Below are positions 21,832 through 32,125 of a DNA stretch of 64,000 bases, one piece after another. Where the stretch lies: contig CAVWXH010000010.1 in assembly GCA_963758915.1 (NCBI GenBank), forward strand, positions 64,001 through 128,000, read 5' to 3'. The translations under genes were made by a program, and so were the position numbers. A model generated the notes under the pieces. It did not search any database. It was not told the origin of the DNA and saw nothing but the letters and a program-made list of their open reading frames with translations. Numbering within the stretch: the stretch's first letter is position 1; every line of letters begins with the position of its first letter. This stretch comes from an uncultured Methanomicrobiales archaeon (lineage in GTDB: Archaea; Halobacteriota; Methanomicrobia; Methanomicrobiales; Methanospirillaceae).

Positions 21832-23200
21832 TCACTGGATGAGTTTCTGGGCAACTAACTTGTTGTCTTCATCGATCACAATCATGTGGGTAGCACATGA
21901 CACACAGGGGTCATACCCACGAACTACAATTTCTGCGAGCTGCCATGGTGCACCGGTGAGTGCAGCACTGCAGGTCGCGAAATTCCAGGTGGTTGGCACG
22001 AGCATTGAGTACCAGAGCACTTTGTTGTCCTTGACTCTTGCAAGGTGCACATCAGTGCCACGTGGTGCTTCGTTTGCTGACCATCCCATTGAGCCGTCAC
22101 CACAGGGGATCTCGTCCGCAAGGACAGGGCCTGATGGATCGTACTCGTCAAGTGCATTCATCATCGCGTATAAGCTGTCCGTGTATTCCATTTCACGGGC
22201 GATGTTCTGACCGACGGTTCCCTTCTCGTCATACCCCTTGAATACTGCAAGACGTGCACGTGGGCCGACTTCAACGGGTGCGCCGTCATACATCGGGATA
22301 CCTGTGCAGGCTTCCATCTGCGGGTTGACTTTTGTCCCTACCGGGGATGTCCCGCCAATCGGGTAGCTCGGGTCTGCGAGATCGACTTCCATCTCACCCA
22401 TGTACCAGTCCCATGGCCGTGACTTCCTTGAAGCGGTCATAGTCCCAGGTCGGGCACTCGTCCAGGCTTGTGCTTCCATAGAACGGATGTGTTGCCATGT
22501 AGCCCTGGTTGTGGAACCCGAGGTCCTTCGGGATTGCAATCTTCTTGCCACCAACTTCTGCCCAGTCCCTCTTCTGGAAGTTCCGGAGGACTGCAATCAT
22601 GAAGTCCATCTGCTGGTGGGCAAGTACAAGACCCTCTTTGGCGAGGTCGTACATTTTGGTCTTTGCCCGCGGGGTACATGCCTTGTACATACCACCGATG
22701 CGCGGGTTGCTCGGGTGCACGGCTTCTCCGCCGGCGATCTGACCGATGGTCTGACCAATTTCACGTAGCCTCTGGATACGCTTTGCAACGCTGCGCACTG
22801 GCTCTTCAGGAGTGAACGGGTTGATCTTCGTATCGGTGCCCGGAATATACAGATCGGGCAGGATCAGGATATCATGCAGTGCAATGCTGTGCAGTCTGTT
22901 TGCCAACTGGAGGATCACACGCAGGAGATAGGCATCCTGGGGTATTTCACACCCGATTGATGCTTCCATTGATTCTATCCCTGCAAGTGTGTGGGCAATC
23001 GGACAAATACCGCAGACACGGGACGCAATTTTGGGGACTTGTTCCATCGACTTACCGACGGCGAGTCTCTCAACTCCCCTCACCGGGGTAATGGAACACC
23101 AGTTACCCGTTTCGATGATACCTGCGTCGTTAACCTTCAAGACAAGTTTTGAGTGTCCCTCGTGTCTTGTGGTTGGGGAAATCTCTACAACTTTCGACAA
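21832..23200 (-). CDS. frhA: F420-reducing [NiFe] hydrogenase alpha subunit (split by a 1-nt insertion near 22420)
   Basis: TRHEGH and RVCGIC (L1) in the 5' frame; EVGPRAR, EAPRG, DPCVSCATH (L2) in the 3' frame. Confidence 0.94.
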
Positions 23201-23660
23201 TATTATCGCCTCATCTTATGCTGAGTTGTTCAATCTTCGATACCGGTGTAATCCACACAAATCTCTTATAAGGAGATCTTTTGACCGTACCTAGTACGTT
23301 CATCTTAATTTTACATCTTCCAATTATATATCTTCTTTGCAATTCTCCTGATAGTGCCGATTTCACGGAAGAGAAGAGAGATAATCACTGCTTTTTTGGT
23401 TTTCCGGGAACAATGCGGGTGCAATTTTTTAAGCGGTACCTTTATCGTTGTGAAGATGGAAAGCAACAGCAAATGGGATCAATATATGGTCCTTATACAG
23501 GAAACCGGCTGGTTATCAGGATATCATGGGTATCCTGATGTACAGACCCTTTTGTGAGACCCTTATTGTATTGTCCGGGGTCATTCGGCCAGAGGGACAA
23601 CTGGTCCTGATGGATGGGAACGATACCAAAACTGCGAAGACCTGATAAAAAAGAGAAAAT

Positions 23661-24665
23661 TTACTGGATTTCGCCGTTCAGCTCGACGAAAAGCTCGGCG
23701 ATTGTTGCCTGGCGTTCCGCGTAGGCATCGTGCTGGTGGATGCTCTCCTCGTTGGTCTGCTTTATGGTAACGAGTGCATCTCCGGAGAGATCATGGAATT
23801 CTGCGAGGACTTTTTTTGCCATCTCCCGTACGCAGTCCTCTACAAATCTCGGGTTTTTATGTGCGGAGAGAACGACGTAACTTTCATCGCCACGTTTGAG
23901 GAGTTCAAAAATCGGGGCGCTCATTGACTCCTTCAGGATATCGATGATCGTTTCGAGCTTTACGTGCTGGTCGTCATCTGTTTCAATGCAGAGAAACCCC
24001 CTGCCCCTCTGGTTGTGCGTGGCCATGGGGACTTCGTCGAAGAACTTTGAGATGGTCTCCTTGTCGACTTTAAGGTCCTCGAGGACATATTGTGCCCGCT
24101 CTTTCATGATATTCTGGGCACAGGGGCAGGCGGTCATCCCCATCACTTCCGCACCGATACTCTTCCTGACAATGGGGCTCCGGAATGTCCTCCTGGCAAC
24201 TGCGCGTGCGTGGACACTGACGACCTCGTGGCAACTGGTCCTGCTGACCGGGGTCTCCCGTTTCACCATGAACTGGCTCCGCATCCAGACCTCTGTGCGA
24301 TCGGCATATTCATGCCGGTCAAGCAGCTTTCGTGCGACCACGCTGCAGAGCTCTTCAATTTCCTTGACATCACCATCAATCGCCTGCTGGAGCACTTCAT
24401 CTATCACTTCAAAATTTCGTGAGAGGTTCGCTCCTTTGAGGCTTCCGGGCAGGTCAACGAAGACATCAAAATTTGAAATGAAAATTACCGGGCGCTTATC
24501 AGGGCGCGAGACTTCCACGAGTTTTTTCACATTCTTGACCCCCACCCGGGTCAGATTAATGCGGATATCAGGGCATGTGGATTGAACATCAGGCAGAATG
24601 CCCCCAAATCTCGGTTCTGTTGTCTCATTAATGGTTGATCGCTCTCCAAAAGGGATATAACCCAA
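23661..24665 (-). CDS. mptA: GTP cyclohydrolase MptA (FolE2 family); start uncertain
   Basis: LPDVQ..INLTRVGV, KGANLSRN, TACPCA, THNQRG, NPRFVEDCVR, ESIHQHDA. Confidence 0.93.
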   Translation of the reverse strand: MGYIPFGERSTINETTEPRFGGILPDVQSTCPDIRINLTRVGVKNVKKLVEVSRPDKRPVIFISNFDVFVDLPGSLKGANLSRNFEVIDEVLQQAIDGDVKEIEELCSVVARKLLDRHEYADRTEVWMRSQFMVKRETPVSRTSCHEVVSVHARAVARRTFRSPIVRKSIGAEVMGMTACPCAQNIMKERAQYVLEDLKVDKETISKFFDEVPMATHNQRGRGFLCIETDDDQHVKLETIIDILKESMSAPIFELLKRGDESYVVLSAHKNPRFVEDCVREMAKKVLAEFHDLSGDALVTIKQTNEESIHQHDAYAERQATIAELFVELNGEIQ

Positions 24666-24731
24666 GGTACTCTGTTTAGTTTTTTTATAAAATATTTATG
24701 TGCTTGGTTGCTGATATAACAAGGAGAGACC

Positions 24732-25721
24732 ATGCTGAAAAAATACTATGAGTCAGATGCGGACCTGAGTGTTCTGTCCGGGAAGCGTATCGCGGTTATC
24801 GGGTATGGTTCCCAGGGACGAGGCCAGGCACTGAACCTTCGTGACAGTGCGATCGACGTGATCATCGGGCTCCGCCCCGGGAAAAGCTGGGATGCGGCTT
24901 CAGCTGATGGGTTCAAGGTGTACCCGGTCACAGAAGCCGTTAAAATGGCTGACGTGGTGCAGGTACTCCTTCCTGACGAGAACCAGGCGGCGGTATACAG
25001 GGGCGAAATAAAGCCGTATCTTACGAAGGGGAAAACCCTGATGTTCTCCCACGGGTTCAATATTCATTTTGGCCAGATTGTCCCCCCGGCGGATGTCAAC
25101 GTTATCATGGTCGCCCCGAAAGGACCCGGGTTCATGGTAAGGCGGCAATATGAAGAAGGAAAGGGTGTCCCGGCACTGATAGCCGTTCACCAGGACTACA
25201 CGGGCGCTGCGCACAAGATTGCGCTTGCGTATGCAAAAGGTATCGGCGCGACCCGCGCCGTCGTGCTCGAGACTTCGTTCCGCGAAGAGACCGAGACTGA
25301 CCTCTTCGGTGAGCAGGCAGTGTTGTGCGGTGGTATTACCTCCCTGATCAAGGCCGGTTTTGAGACCCTTGTCGAAGCCGGGTACTCCCCGGAAATGGCA
25401 TACCTCGAGGTCCTCCATGAAACGAAGTTGATTGTAGACCTTATTTACGAGGGCGGCTTTACGAAGATGAGGAAATATGTCAGTAATACTGCTCAGTACG
25501 GGGACCTCACCCGTGGCCCGCGTGTTATCGGTTGCGAGTCCCAGGTTGCAATGCGTGAGATACTTGACGAGATACAGAGCGGTGAGTTTGCGAGGGAATG
25601 GATGCTTGAGAACACGGTCAACCGCCCGGTATTTAATGCCCTGACGAAGAGGGACGAAGACCACCTGATCGAAAAGGTCGGTGCTGAGGTACGGGCGCTT
25701 ATGCCCCAGTTTAAGCAATAA
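24732..25721 (+). CDS. ilvC: Ketol-acid reductoisomerase
   Basis: [38 protein letters not shown]. Confidence 0.98.
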   Translation: MLKKYYESDADLSVLSGKRIAVIGYGSQGRGQALNLRDSAIDVIIGLRPGKSWDAASADGFKVYPVTEAVKMADVVQVLLPDENQAAVYRGEIKPYLTKGKTLMFSHGFNIHFGQIVPPADVNVIMVAPKGPGFMVRRQYEEGKGVPALIAVHQDYTGAAHKIALAYAKGIGATRAVVLETSFREETETDLFGEQAVLCGGITSLIKAGFETLVEAGYSPEMAYLEVLHETKLIVDLIYEGGFTKMRKYVSNTAQYGDLTRGPRVIGCESQVAMREILDEIQSGEFAREWMLENTVNRPVFNALTKRDEDHLIEKVGAEVRALMPQFKQ

Positions 25722-25933
25722 CCCGAATATTTTTTTTTCTTCAGGAAGAGGGCCCCGGGTCTCTTCAGGTGCATTGAAAGGGAGAACTGTTTTTTTTTGG
25801 ATGGGTGAGCCATGGCAGAGGGCAGGGAAAAAAAATCAACCCCGGTGCCCGGGAGACCATAGGTGACCGACCAGGCCGGGGTGTACTGTTTACCCATAAT
25901 TATTACCTCGGACGTCCCTTATACTATACAACT

Positions 25934-26548
25934 ATGGTCGAATCGTATGAGGCACTTTTAAACAAGGCATATTCACATATGCCCGAGGTCAGTGAGTCCC
26001 ACGAACGGTTTACCGTTCCGGAAACAAAGAGTTATATTGAAGGGAAAACCACTGTCTTTGAAAATTTCGCAGAAATAGCCGACGTTGCGAGGCGTGACAA
26101 GGACCACCTGATGAAGTTCCTCCTTGGCGAGCTCGGTACTGCAGGGAAGATCGACGGTAACAGGGCGATATTTAATGGAAAATTCGAAAGTACCCTGATA
26201 AATTCACTGGTTAAAAGTTACGTGGAAGATTATGTGATCTGCTCAGAATGTGGCCGGCCAGATACCCGTCTTGTGAAAGATGACCGGTTCCTCCTCCTGC
26301 GCTGTGATGCCTGCGGGGGTCACCGACCGGTAAAAAAGAGGAAAGCACGGACGGAACCTATTACCAACGAGCTGCAGGAAGGGACTATCCTCGAGGTCGA
26401 GATCCAGTCAGTCTCGAAGCGGGGCGACGGCGTGGTAAAGATGGGGAAATACATCATGTATGTTTCAAATTCAAAGCCCGGGCAGACAGTAAAGGTGAAG
26501 ATTGCCAGGATATCCGGGTCTATCGTGTTCACAGAACGGGCAGTATAG
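25934..26548 (+). CDS. eif2b: Translation initiation factor aIF-2 beta subunit with C-terminal TRAM domain
   Basis: [32 protein letters not shown] tail ([15 protein letters not shown]); ATG at 25934. Confidence 0.93.
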   Translation: MVESYEALLNKAYSHMPEVSESHERFTVPETKSYIEGKTTVFENFAEIADVARRDKDHLMKFLLGELGTAGKIDGNRAIFNGKFESTLINSLVKSYVEDYVICSECGRPDTRLVKDDRFLLLRCDACGGHRPVKKRKARTEPITNELQEGTILEVEIQSVSKRGDGVVKMGKYIMYVSNSKPGQTVKVKIARISGSIVFTERAV

Positions 26549-26650
26549 TCTTATACCGGCCACAACCTCCCCGTCTTTTTCTGACGGGCAATAATTACAA
26601 GGACCGGCCCTCTTCAAAGGTACCGGGTAAAAAAAATAATCTTTGTTTTG

Positions 26651-26920
26651 TTACTGATTTTTCATGTTTGAAAGGAGTTCATCGCAGTGCCCCGATATCC
26701 TGGTGCACGCGTCCCTGATCACATCCAGGGGGTCTTTTTTACCATTTGTGGTTACCAGGAGTTCAGGGTCTGAAAACTGGAATTCTATAACATATCTGGC
26801 CACATCGACATCAGGGTCCTTCAGGATCTCTTCCGTCAGGGTATTCATGAAGGTATGTCCCTCCCCCTGAATAATCAGCCTGGCCTTGTCTTTTTCCAGC
26901 TCGAGCAACTTAATATTCAT
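26651..26920 (-). CDS. rpoL: RNA polymerase subunit L (Rpo11)
   Basis: GEGHTFMNTL..DPDVDVARY, 89 aa. Confidence 0.92.
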   Translation of the reverse strand: MNIKLLELEKDKARLIIQGEGHTFMNTLTEEILKDPDVDVARYVIEFQFSDPELLVTTNGKKDPLDVIRDACTRISGHCDELLSNMKNQ

Positions 26921-27110
26921 TCACCTATGATTGGGAATGTGACACCCATAATGGTATTGGTGAGATACACCCGGTGATACGGGAAAACATTCCTGCCCTG
27001 CCTATCAGACATGCTACCATGGGTGCAGGAAGACCGGGATTATGTGAAAATAATCCCCGACAGAATAAATGGATTTTCCGGTTGAATTTTCAGCAAGACC
27101 TGCCGCCAGT

Positions 27111-27833
27111 TCAGCCGAACCGAAAACACTCCCCGTCTTTTCCAATATGGGGGAGGTCCCACCTGATTGCATGGCTCAGGTGGACGCACCGGAAATCTCC
27201 TGCTTGAAGATCGGTCGCCATCTGGCACGCCTCTTCATAGCTCATATGCTTGAAGACGTGGTAGCCACTGGGGGCAAGAGCATCAGCAAGAAGCAGATCG
27301 ACACCGGAAAGAAATTTCCTGCTGCGCTCCGGAATATCTGCCCGGGTATCGGCAGTATAACCCACGTTTGAACCATCACATGATATCTGAAGACCACAGC
27401 TGTAGGCCGGCGGGTGGTTTACTTCGATAAGGGTGAAGGTAACACCGAACAGTGTGAAGGATTCGTACGCCTCAACAGGGTTATGGTCAAATGACATGAA
27501 AGAAAAAATACCCCCGCAATACCCGAGTACCGGCGGTGCTGCGTAGACAGGTGGCAGGTCCTGGACACGGTAGAACTCCCCGTACCCCATAAAATGGTCG
27601 TAATGCCCGTGTGTCCATATCACCGCATCAATGTGGGGTGAACCGCAACGGAGTAACTGCTGGCGGAGGTCAGGTGAGGAATCAACAAGGATATGCTTCC
27701 CTGCATGTTCCACAAGGAGGGAGGTGCGGAGCCTTGTCAGTCCTTTTTCCTGTGCGTGTGTACACTGGGGGCACCTGCAGCCTATTTTGGGCGTTCCTGT
27801 TGCATCCCCTGTGCCCAGCAGCGTAATTTTCAT
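27111..27833 (-). CDS. MBL-fold metallohydrolase (PhnP-like)
   Basis: LLGTG..GTP..GCRCPQC, DSSPDLRQQ, THGHYDH, HLSH. Confidence 0.9.
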   Translation of the reverse strand: MKITLLGTGDATGTPKIGCRCPQCTHAQEKGLTRLRTSLLVEHAGKHILVDSSPDLRQQLLRCGSPHIDAVIWTHGHYDHFMGYGEFYRVQDLPPVYAAPPVLGYCGGIFSFMSFDHNPVEAYESFTLFGVTFTLIEVNHPPAYSCGLQISCDGSNVGYTADTRADIPERSRKFLSGVDLLLADALAPSGYHVFKHMSYEEACQMATDLQAGDFRCVHLSHAIRWDLPHIGKDGECFRFG

Positions 27834-27834
27834 A

Positions 27835-29110
27835 CTACAACCAGTTAAGGTTCCGGATTACGCCCCGGCCTTTCACCATCTGGATCCCTTTTTCAATATC
27901 GCTCTGAAGAAGGGCCTTCCGGCCATCCATGATCGATGAGAGGATCGCCTCTTTTACCAGCATCCGGAGGTCAGAACCTGAAAGTCCGTCTGTCTGGGCT
28001 GCGAGGTAACGGAAATCGCATTCGCAACCTACAGAATGGGTGATCTTTTTCAGGATCCGTTCCCGCATCTCTTCACTGGGCAGCGAAAACTCCACGACCT
28101 CGTCAAACCGGCGCCATGCCGCTTCATCGAGGAGCTGGGGGTGGTTGGTCGCACCGATAAGGAGCACCCCGTTTTTCACGAGGTTCATCTTATCGATATT
28201 CTTCAGGAGGGAGTTTACCGCCCTCTTCATGGCGCCATGGTCATCGGTCACCCTGCTCTTGGCGACGTAATCAAACTCGTCGATAAACAGGATGCAGGGC
28301 GAAAGTTTTTTGGCTAATTCAAATATCCTGTCGATATTTTTTGAGGTCTCCCCGAGGTACTGTGACGTGACCATCGAGAGCCTGACCTCAAGGATCGGCA
28401 TATGCATGGCATGGGACATAGCGAGTGCGAGCGAGGTCTTTCCCGTTCCCGGCGGCCCGACGAATAACAGACTTTCCTACCTCGTGTATCCGGTGTTTCA
28501 ACAGGAATTCACGGTGGATAATCGCTATCCGCATTTTTGCGATGATCTCTTTCTGCTCTGAAGTGCAGACGAGGTCATCGATCTGCTGCTCGATCTCATC
28601 GGGTGCGTTGATGATGATCAGGTCCATGGCCGTTCTCAGGCGCTCATCGGCGGCGATTATCTCTGAAATTTTCCCGTCAAGGTACGACCTGCTGTCCTCA
28701 AAAGGCGGGTTTTCAGCCTTTACTTCCCGATAAGAAATACCGGATGAGTTAATAGTTTCAAAATAATATGCCAGTGCCGGGTTCTTTTTGATATAGGTCA
28801 TGCCCCCGTGGCCCAGGAACCATTTCGCGGCAGCTTCGAGTGCCGGTATGCGGAACCTCTGCCCGAACTCCTCGTAGATTACGACCGGGTTTTCTGCGAC
28901 TTTTCCGCGCGGGTCCTGGATCTGAAGTACCCTCCGGATTGTACTTTCGCTGACAGTAACAGGCCTTTTAATTCCGGACGCAGAACCGAGTCCGAACATG
29001 ATCCTATGCTCCGGCGTAAGGTCATTTACATCCAGATTCGGGTTCTGGTTAAATATTTCTGCGCAGAGGAGCACATCCAGAATTTTCAGGGTCTCGTCGT
29101 CTCCAGACAT
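27835..29110 (-). CDS. AAA+ ATPase (split by a 1-nt insertion at about 28471)
   Basis: Removing one base gives IHEVGK-LLFVGPPGTGKT (Walker A) continuing into FIDEFD (Walker B) and ATNHPQLLD..RRFD. Confidence 0.88.
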
Positions 29111-29154
29111 GGCTGTAACCTTTAATATTCAATCTGGCACCGGATAAGAGTATC

Positions 29155-30030
29155 TCATGCCGTTGTCACAACACAGCGATCCTCGGTAACAATGACCGTA
29201 TGTTCATGCTGTGAGACGAGGGAGCCGGGGATGTCCGATAGTACGGGGTATGCGTGGACCACACCGGAACGGATGAGTGTCGCAAGGGCGATCTCCGGCT
29301 TGTTATCAGGGAGCCATCGTTTTGCGAAGGGCATGCCCTGCCGCCCGCTGACTGCTTCCAGGATCTTCCTTGCCGTGGCCAGTCGTACCGGCTTCCGGGA
29401 GATCTGCTGGAATATCTCCACCCTTTTCTTCTCGCTTACATGGCCGGAGCCGGTCGTTGCAAACGGCTCAATTGCAAACACCATCCCCTCTTCAAGCACT
29501 GCCCCCCCCTGCATTGCAACATTAGGGATGCTCGGGGGCCTGTGCACGGCAAACCTGCCAAGTCCGTGACCGGTGAGATTTGCGATTGGCCTGTATCCCC
29601 TGCTTTCAATCTCGGACTGGATGGCAAACCCCAGTTCTCCAACGGTCGCACCGGGGCGCACCTTTTCAATAGCCCGTGAAAGTGCTTCCCGGGATGCGTC
29701 CACGAGCAGCCCGTTATTTCCAAGGTCGATTGTAATTGCTGTATCTGCGATATAGCCGTCGAAATGGACTCCGAGGTCGAGCTTGACCAGGTCCCCTGCT
29801 GTAAATACCCGGTCATCTCCTGTCGACGCGGTATCATGCGCAGCATCTTCGTTCAGGGAGACGTTAAGCGGAAATGCAAGGCCTGATTCATCTGATGATG
29901 CCAGGTCTTCAATGAACTCGACGACCTCGAGGTAGGGAGCACCAGGCCTGATCTCCATGGCCCCTTTCCTGATTACCGATGAAGCAAAGGCCCCGGCCTG
30001 GCAGTAGTTATCAAATATTTCGTCTTCCAT
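29155..30030 (-). CDS. map: Type II methionine aminopeptidase
   Basis: AFPLNVS..AAH, DLGVHFDGYIADTA, NLTGH, FAIEPF, QHEHT. Confidence 0.95.
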   Translation of the reverse strand: MEDEIFDNYCQAGAFASSVIRKGAMEIRPGAPYLEVVEFIEDLASSDESGLAFPLNVSLNEDAAHDTASTGDDRVFTAGDLVKLDLGVHFDGYIADTAITIDLGNNGLLVDASREALSRAIEKVRPGATVGELGFAIQSEIESRGYRPIANLTGHGLGRFAVHRPPSIPNVAMQGGAVLEEGMVFAIEPFATTGSGHVSEKKRVEIFQQISRKPVRLATARKILEAVSGRQGMPFAKRWLPDNKPEIALATLIRSGVVHAYPVLSDIPGSLVSQHEHTVIVTEDRCVVTTA

Positions 30031-30035
30031 CATGA

Positions 30036-31166
30036 TCACCTGAGTATAAATTCACGGGGCAATCGTGTAAACGATTCAAATCCTGCTGTGGTGATAACCC
30101 CGGTGTTTTCGAGACGCACCCCGCCAATATCCCGGTAATAGAGACCCGGTTCAACGGTCGCCACATTGCCGGCAGCAAGGGTACCCCCTGCCGGACCAAG
30201 GGTTGGCGCCTCGTGGACCTCGAGACCAACCCCGTGCCCCAGGTTATGAGTAAATCCCTCATTACCGGTCCCATATCCCTTTTCGGCGAAGAGGTCCACA
30301 ACAGCCTGGTGGACGGACGAGCCGCTGGCCCCGTGCCTTACCTGGGACATGCCAAGGTCCTGTGCCTCCAGAACAGCATCATACATCTCAAGTAATTCGG
30401 CGGAGGGTTCTCCCCTTACAACAGTCCTTGTCATATCGGTGAAATACCCGTTCATGTCATCAGCAGGGAACGTATCAATAACAACCGGCTCTGACTCCAA
30501 AAGGGGTCCGGTCCCGAGTGCATGTGGCAGGGCGGTATCTTTTCCGCAGGTGACAATCGTATCGATTGCATGACACCCGTAATCCATCAGGGTTTTGTGC
30601 ATGAGTGACCTGACCTGTTCTGAAGTAACCGGCCGGCCGTCGTGATACAGGACACCTTTATTTGGTCTGCTTGCTTTTAGCAGGGAAATTGCCCGTTCCA
30701 TTGCGATATCGGTTGCGGCCTGGACACCCCTGATGTTCCTGATCTCATCGTCTGATTTTATTGCCCGGGCGGTCTCGACCGAACCGGGATCAAGGGTCAC
30801 CTCGCAGAGTGACTCAAGTTCATGCCCGATCCCGTAGGGAAATGAAGCGGGTAGCATGATGCGTGGTCCTGCCTGATTTGCAATCATTTTTGCATAGGCC
30901 CGGTGCTTTACCGGCTCATCTTTGATAATATCAAGGAGGCCTGACTCCCCCCGGGTCATCACCGCGGCGATCGATTCTCTCGTTGCACGATCATATTCCA
31001 TCTGTCCGATGACCATGAACCCCTTCTCACCGGGTTTTTTGATATAAACAAAAGGGTCCTCGGTCCGGAACCGGGTGAGATACCTGATATCTGCATTTTG
31101 TGACGAGCCGAATGCAACATATGCATCAGCACCAGAACGCCTGATCACGTCATCCAGCGAGTCCAT
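30036..31166 (-). CDS. Xaa-Pro aminopeptidase/dipeptidase (M24B)
   Basis: RAIKS, PH, DMTRT, HNLGHGVGLEVHE, TVEPGLY..GGVRLE. Confidence 0.92.
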   Translation of the reverse strand: MDSLDDVIRRSGADAYVAFGSSQNADIRYLTRFRTEDPFVYIKKPGEKGFMVIGQMEYDRATRESIAAVMTRGESGLLDIIKDEPVKHRAYAKMIANQAGPRIMLPASFPYGIGHELESLCEVTLDPGSVETARAIKSDDEIRNIRGVQAATDIAMERAISLLKASRPNKGVLYHDGRPVTSEQVRSLMHKTLMDYGCHAIDTIVTCGKDTALPHALGTGPLLESEPVVIDTFPADDMNGYFTDMTRTVVRGEPSAELLEMYDAVLEAQDLGMSQVRHGASGSSVHQAVVDLFAEKGYGTGNEGFTHNLGHGVGLEVHEAPTLGPAGGTLAAGNVATVEPGLYYRDIGGVRLENTGVITTAGFESFTRLPREFILR

Positions 31167-31225
31167 GGGAGGAATATTCGCGGTAAAACCACAAGTACTT
31201 TTATGATAAGGATGACCTATGAGTA

Positions 31226-31492
31226 ATGGAAGAGAAGGTAAAAGAACAGTTTAAATTAAAATTTTATTCGCTCACTATCCTGTTGAACGTGATTGTCCTT
31301 GTTGCCGCTGGTATTGTGATTGCCCTGTTCCTCGTACCCGTACCATTCAAATATTACATCCCTGCCATACTCCTGGTTATCGACCTCGTGATGATTTATG
31401 TATTCATCAAAAAATACCGGGTAACCAAGCAGTGGCTTGCCGAACACCAGGATCCCGGTCCGAAAACGGAAACAGAGAAAAAAGAAACCTGA
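31226..31492 (+). CDS. Small two-TM membrane protein
   Basis: Two hydrophobic helices and a charged tail; fills the intergenic gap. Confidence 0.7.
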   Translation: MEEKVKEQFKLKFYSLTILLNVIVLVAAGIVIALFLVPVPFKYYIPAILLVIDLVMIYVFIKKYRVTKQWLAEHQDPGPKTETEKKET

Positions 31493-31505
31493 GGTACGCT
31501 GACCC

Positions 31506-31811
31506 ATGCTCCAGAAAATGAAAGACGAGATTGAACTTCTTTCAAGGCATGTTATTGTAATCAGGGCCGTTATGGAGCACCAGCCGATTGGTATCATGAA
31601 ACTATCGGAGCTGCTTGACCTGCCCTTCCACCGGATCCGTTATTCACTCCGTGTTCTTGAGCAGCTTGGTTACATCAGGGCCACCCCTGCCGGTGCAATG
31701 GCAACACCCCAGACTGAAGATCTCCTGTGTCACCTGGATGATAACCTCGATGATCTCATCGGGCTTCTGGAATCAATGAAACTTAAACCTGGTAACCAAT
31801 TGAATAAATGA
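31506..31811 (+). CDS. Hypothetical winged-helix protein
   Basis: QPIGIMKLSE..HRIRYSLRVLEQ.G.I helix-turn-helix-wing pattern. Confidence 0.7.
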   Translation: MLQKMKDEIELLSRHVIVIRAVMEHQPIGIMKLSELLDLPFHRIRYSLRVLEQLGYIRATPAGAMATPQTEDLLCHLDDNLDDLIGLLESMKLKPGNQLNK

Positions 31812-31907
31812 CAAGAATATCCAGGGGTTTAGTTTTTTTATGATCCGGAGTTCCAATAGTTACTTTTAAAAAGGCTCACAAAGAATCTATTAGGACACAA
31901 CCAATGT

Positions 31908-31980
31908 GCCTCCCTAACTCAGTTGGTAGAGTGTCGGACTGTTAATCCGAATGTCACAGGTTCGAGCCCTGTGGGGGGCG
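31908..31980 (+). tRNA. tRNA-Asn (GTT)
   Basis: GCCTCCC/GGGGGGC acceptor stem, TCGGA-CTGTTAA-TCCGA anticodon arm, TTCGAGC T-loop. Confidence 0.96.
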
Positions 31981-31994
31981 CTCAATCTCTATCC

Positions 31995-32069
31995 GGGCCC
32001 GTAGCTCAGTCCGGTTAGAGCGCCCGGCTCATAACCGGGCGGTCATGCGTTCGAATCGCATCGGGCCCA
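31995..32069 (+). tRNA. tRNA with CAT anticodon, likely tRNA-Ile2 (agmatidine)
   Basis: GGGCCCG/CGGGCCC acceptor typical of archaeal Ile tRNAs; CCCGG-CTCATAA-CCGGG arm; lacks the initiator A1:U72 pair. Confidence 0.9.
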
Positions 32070-32125
32070 TTCTGGATGATTTTGTTTTTCAAAAACTATC
32101 TATGGTTAACGGTTAACAGAACCGT

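Noticed and set aside
19477-23280. 14-mer TATAAGGAGATCTT on both sides of the frh operon
   Set aside because: Several 14-bp matches are expected by chance in 64 kb; one copy lies in a variable MITE spacer.
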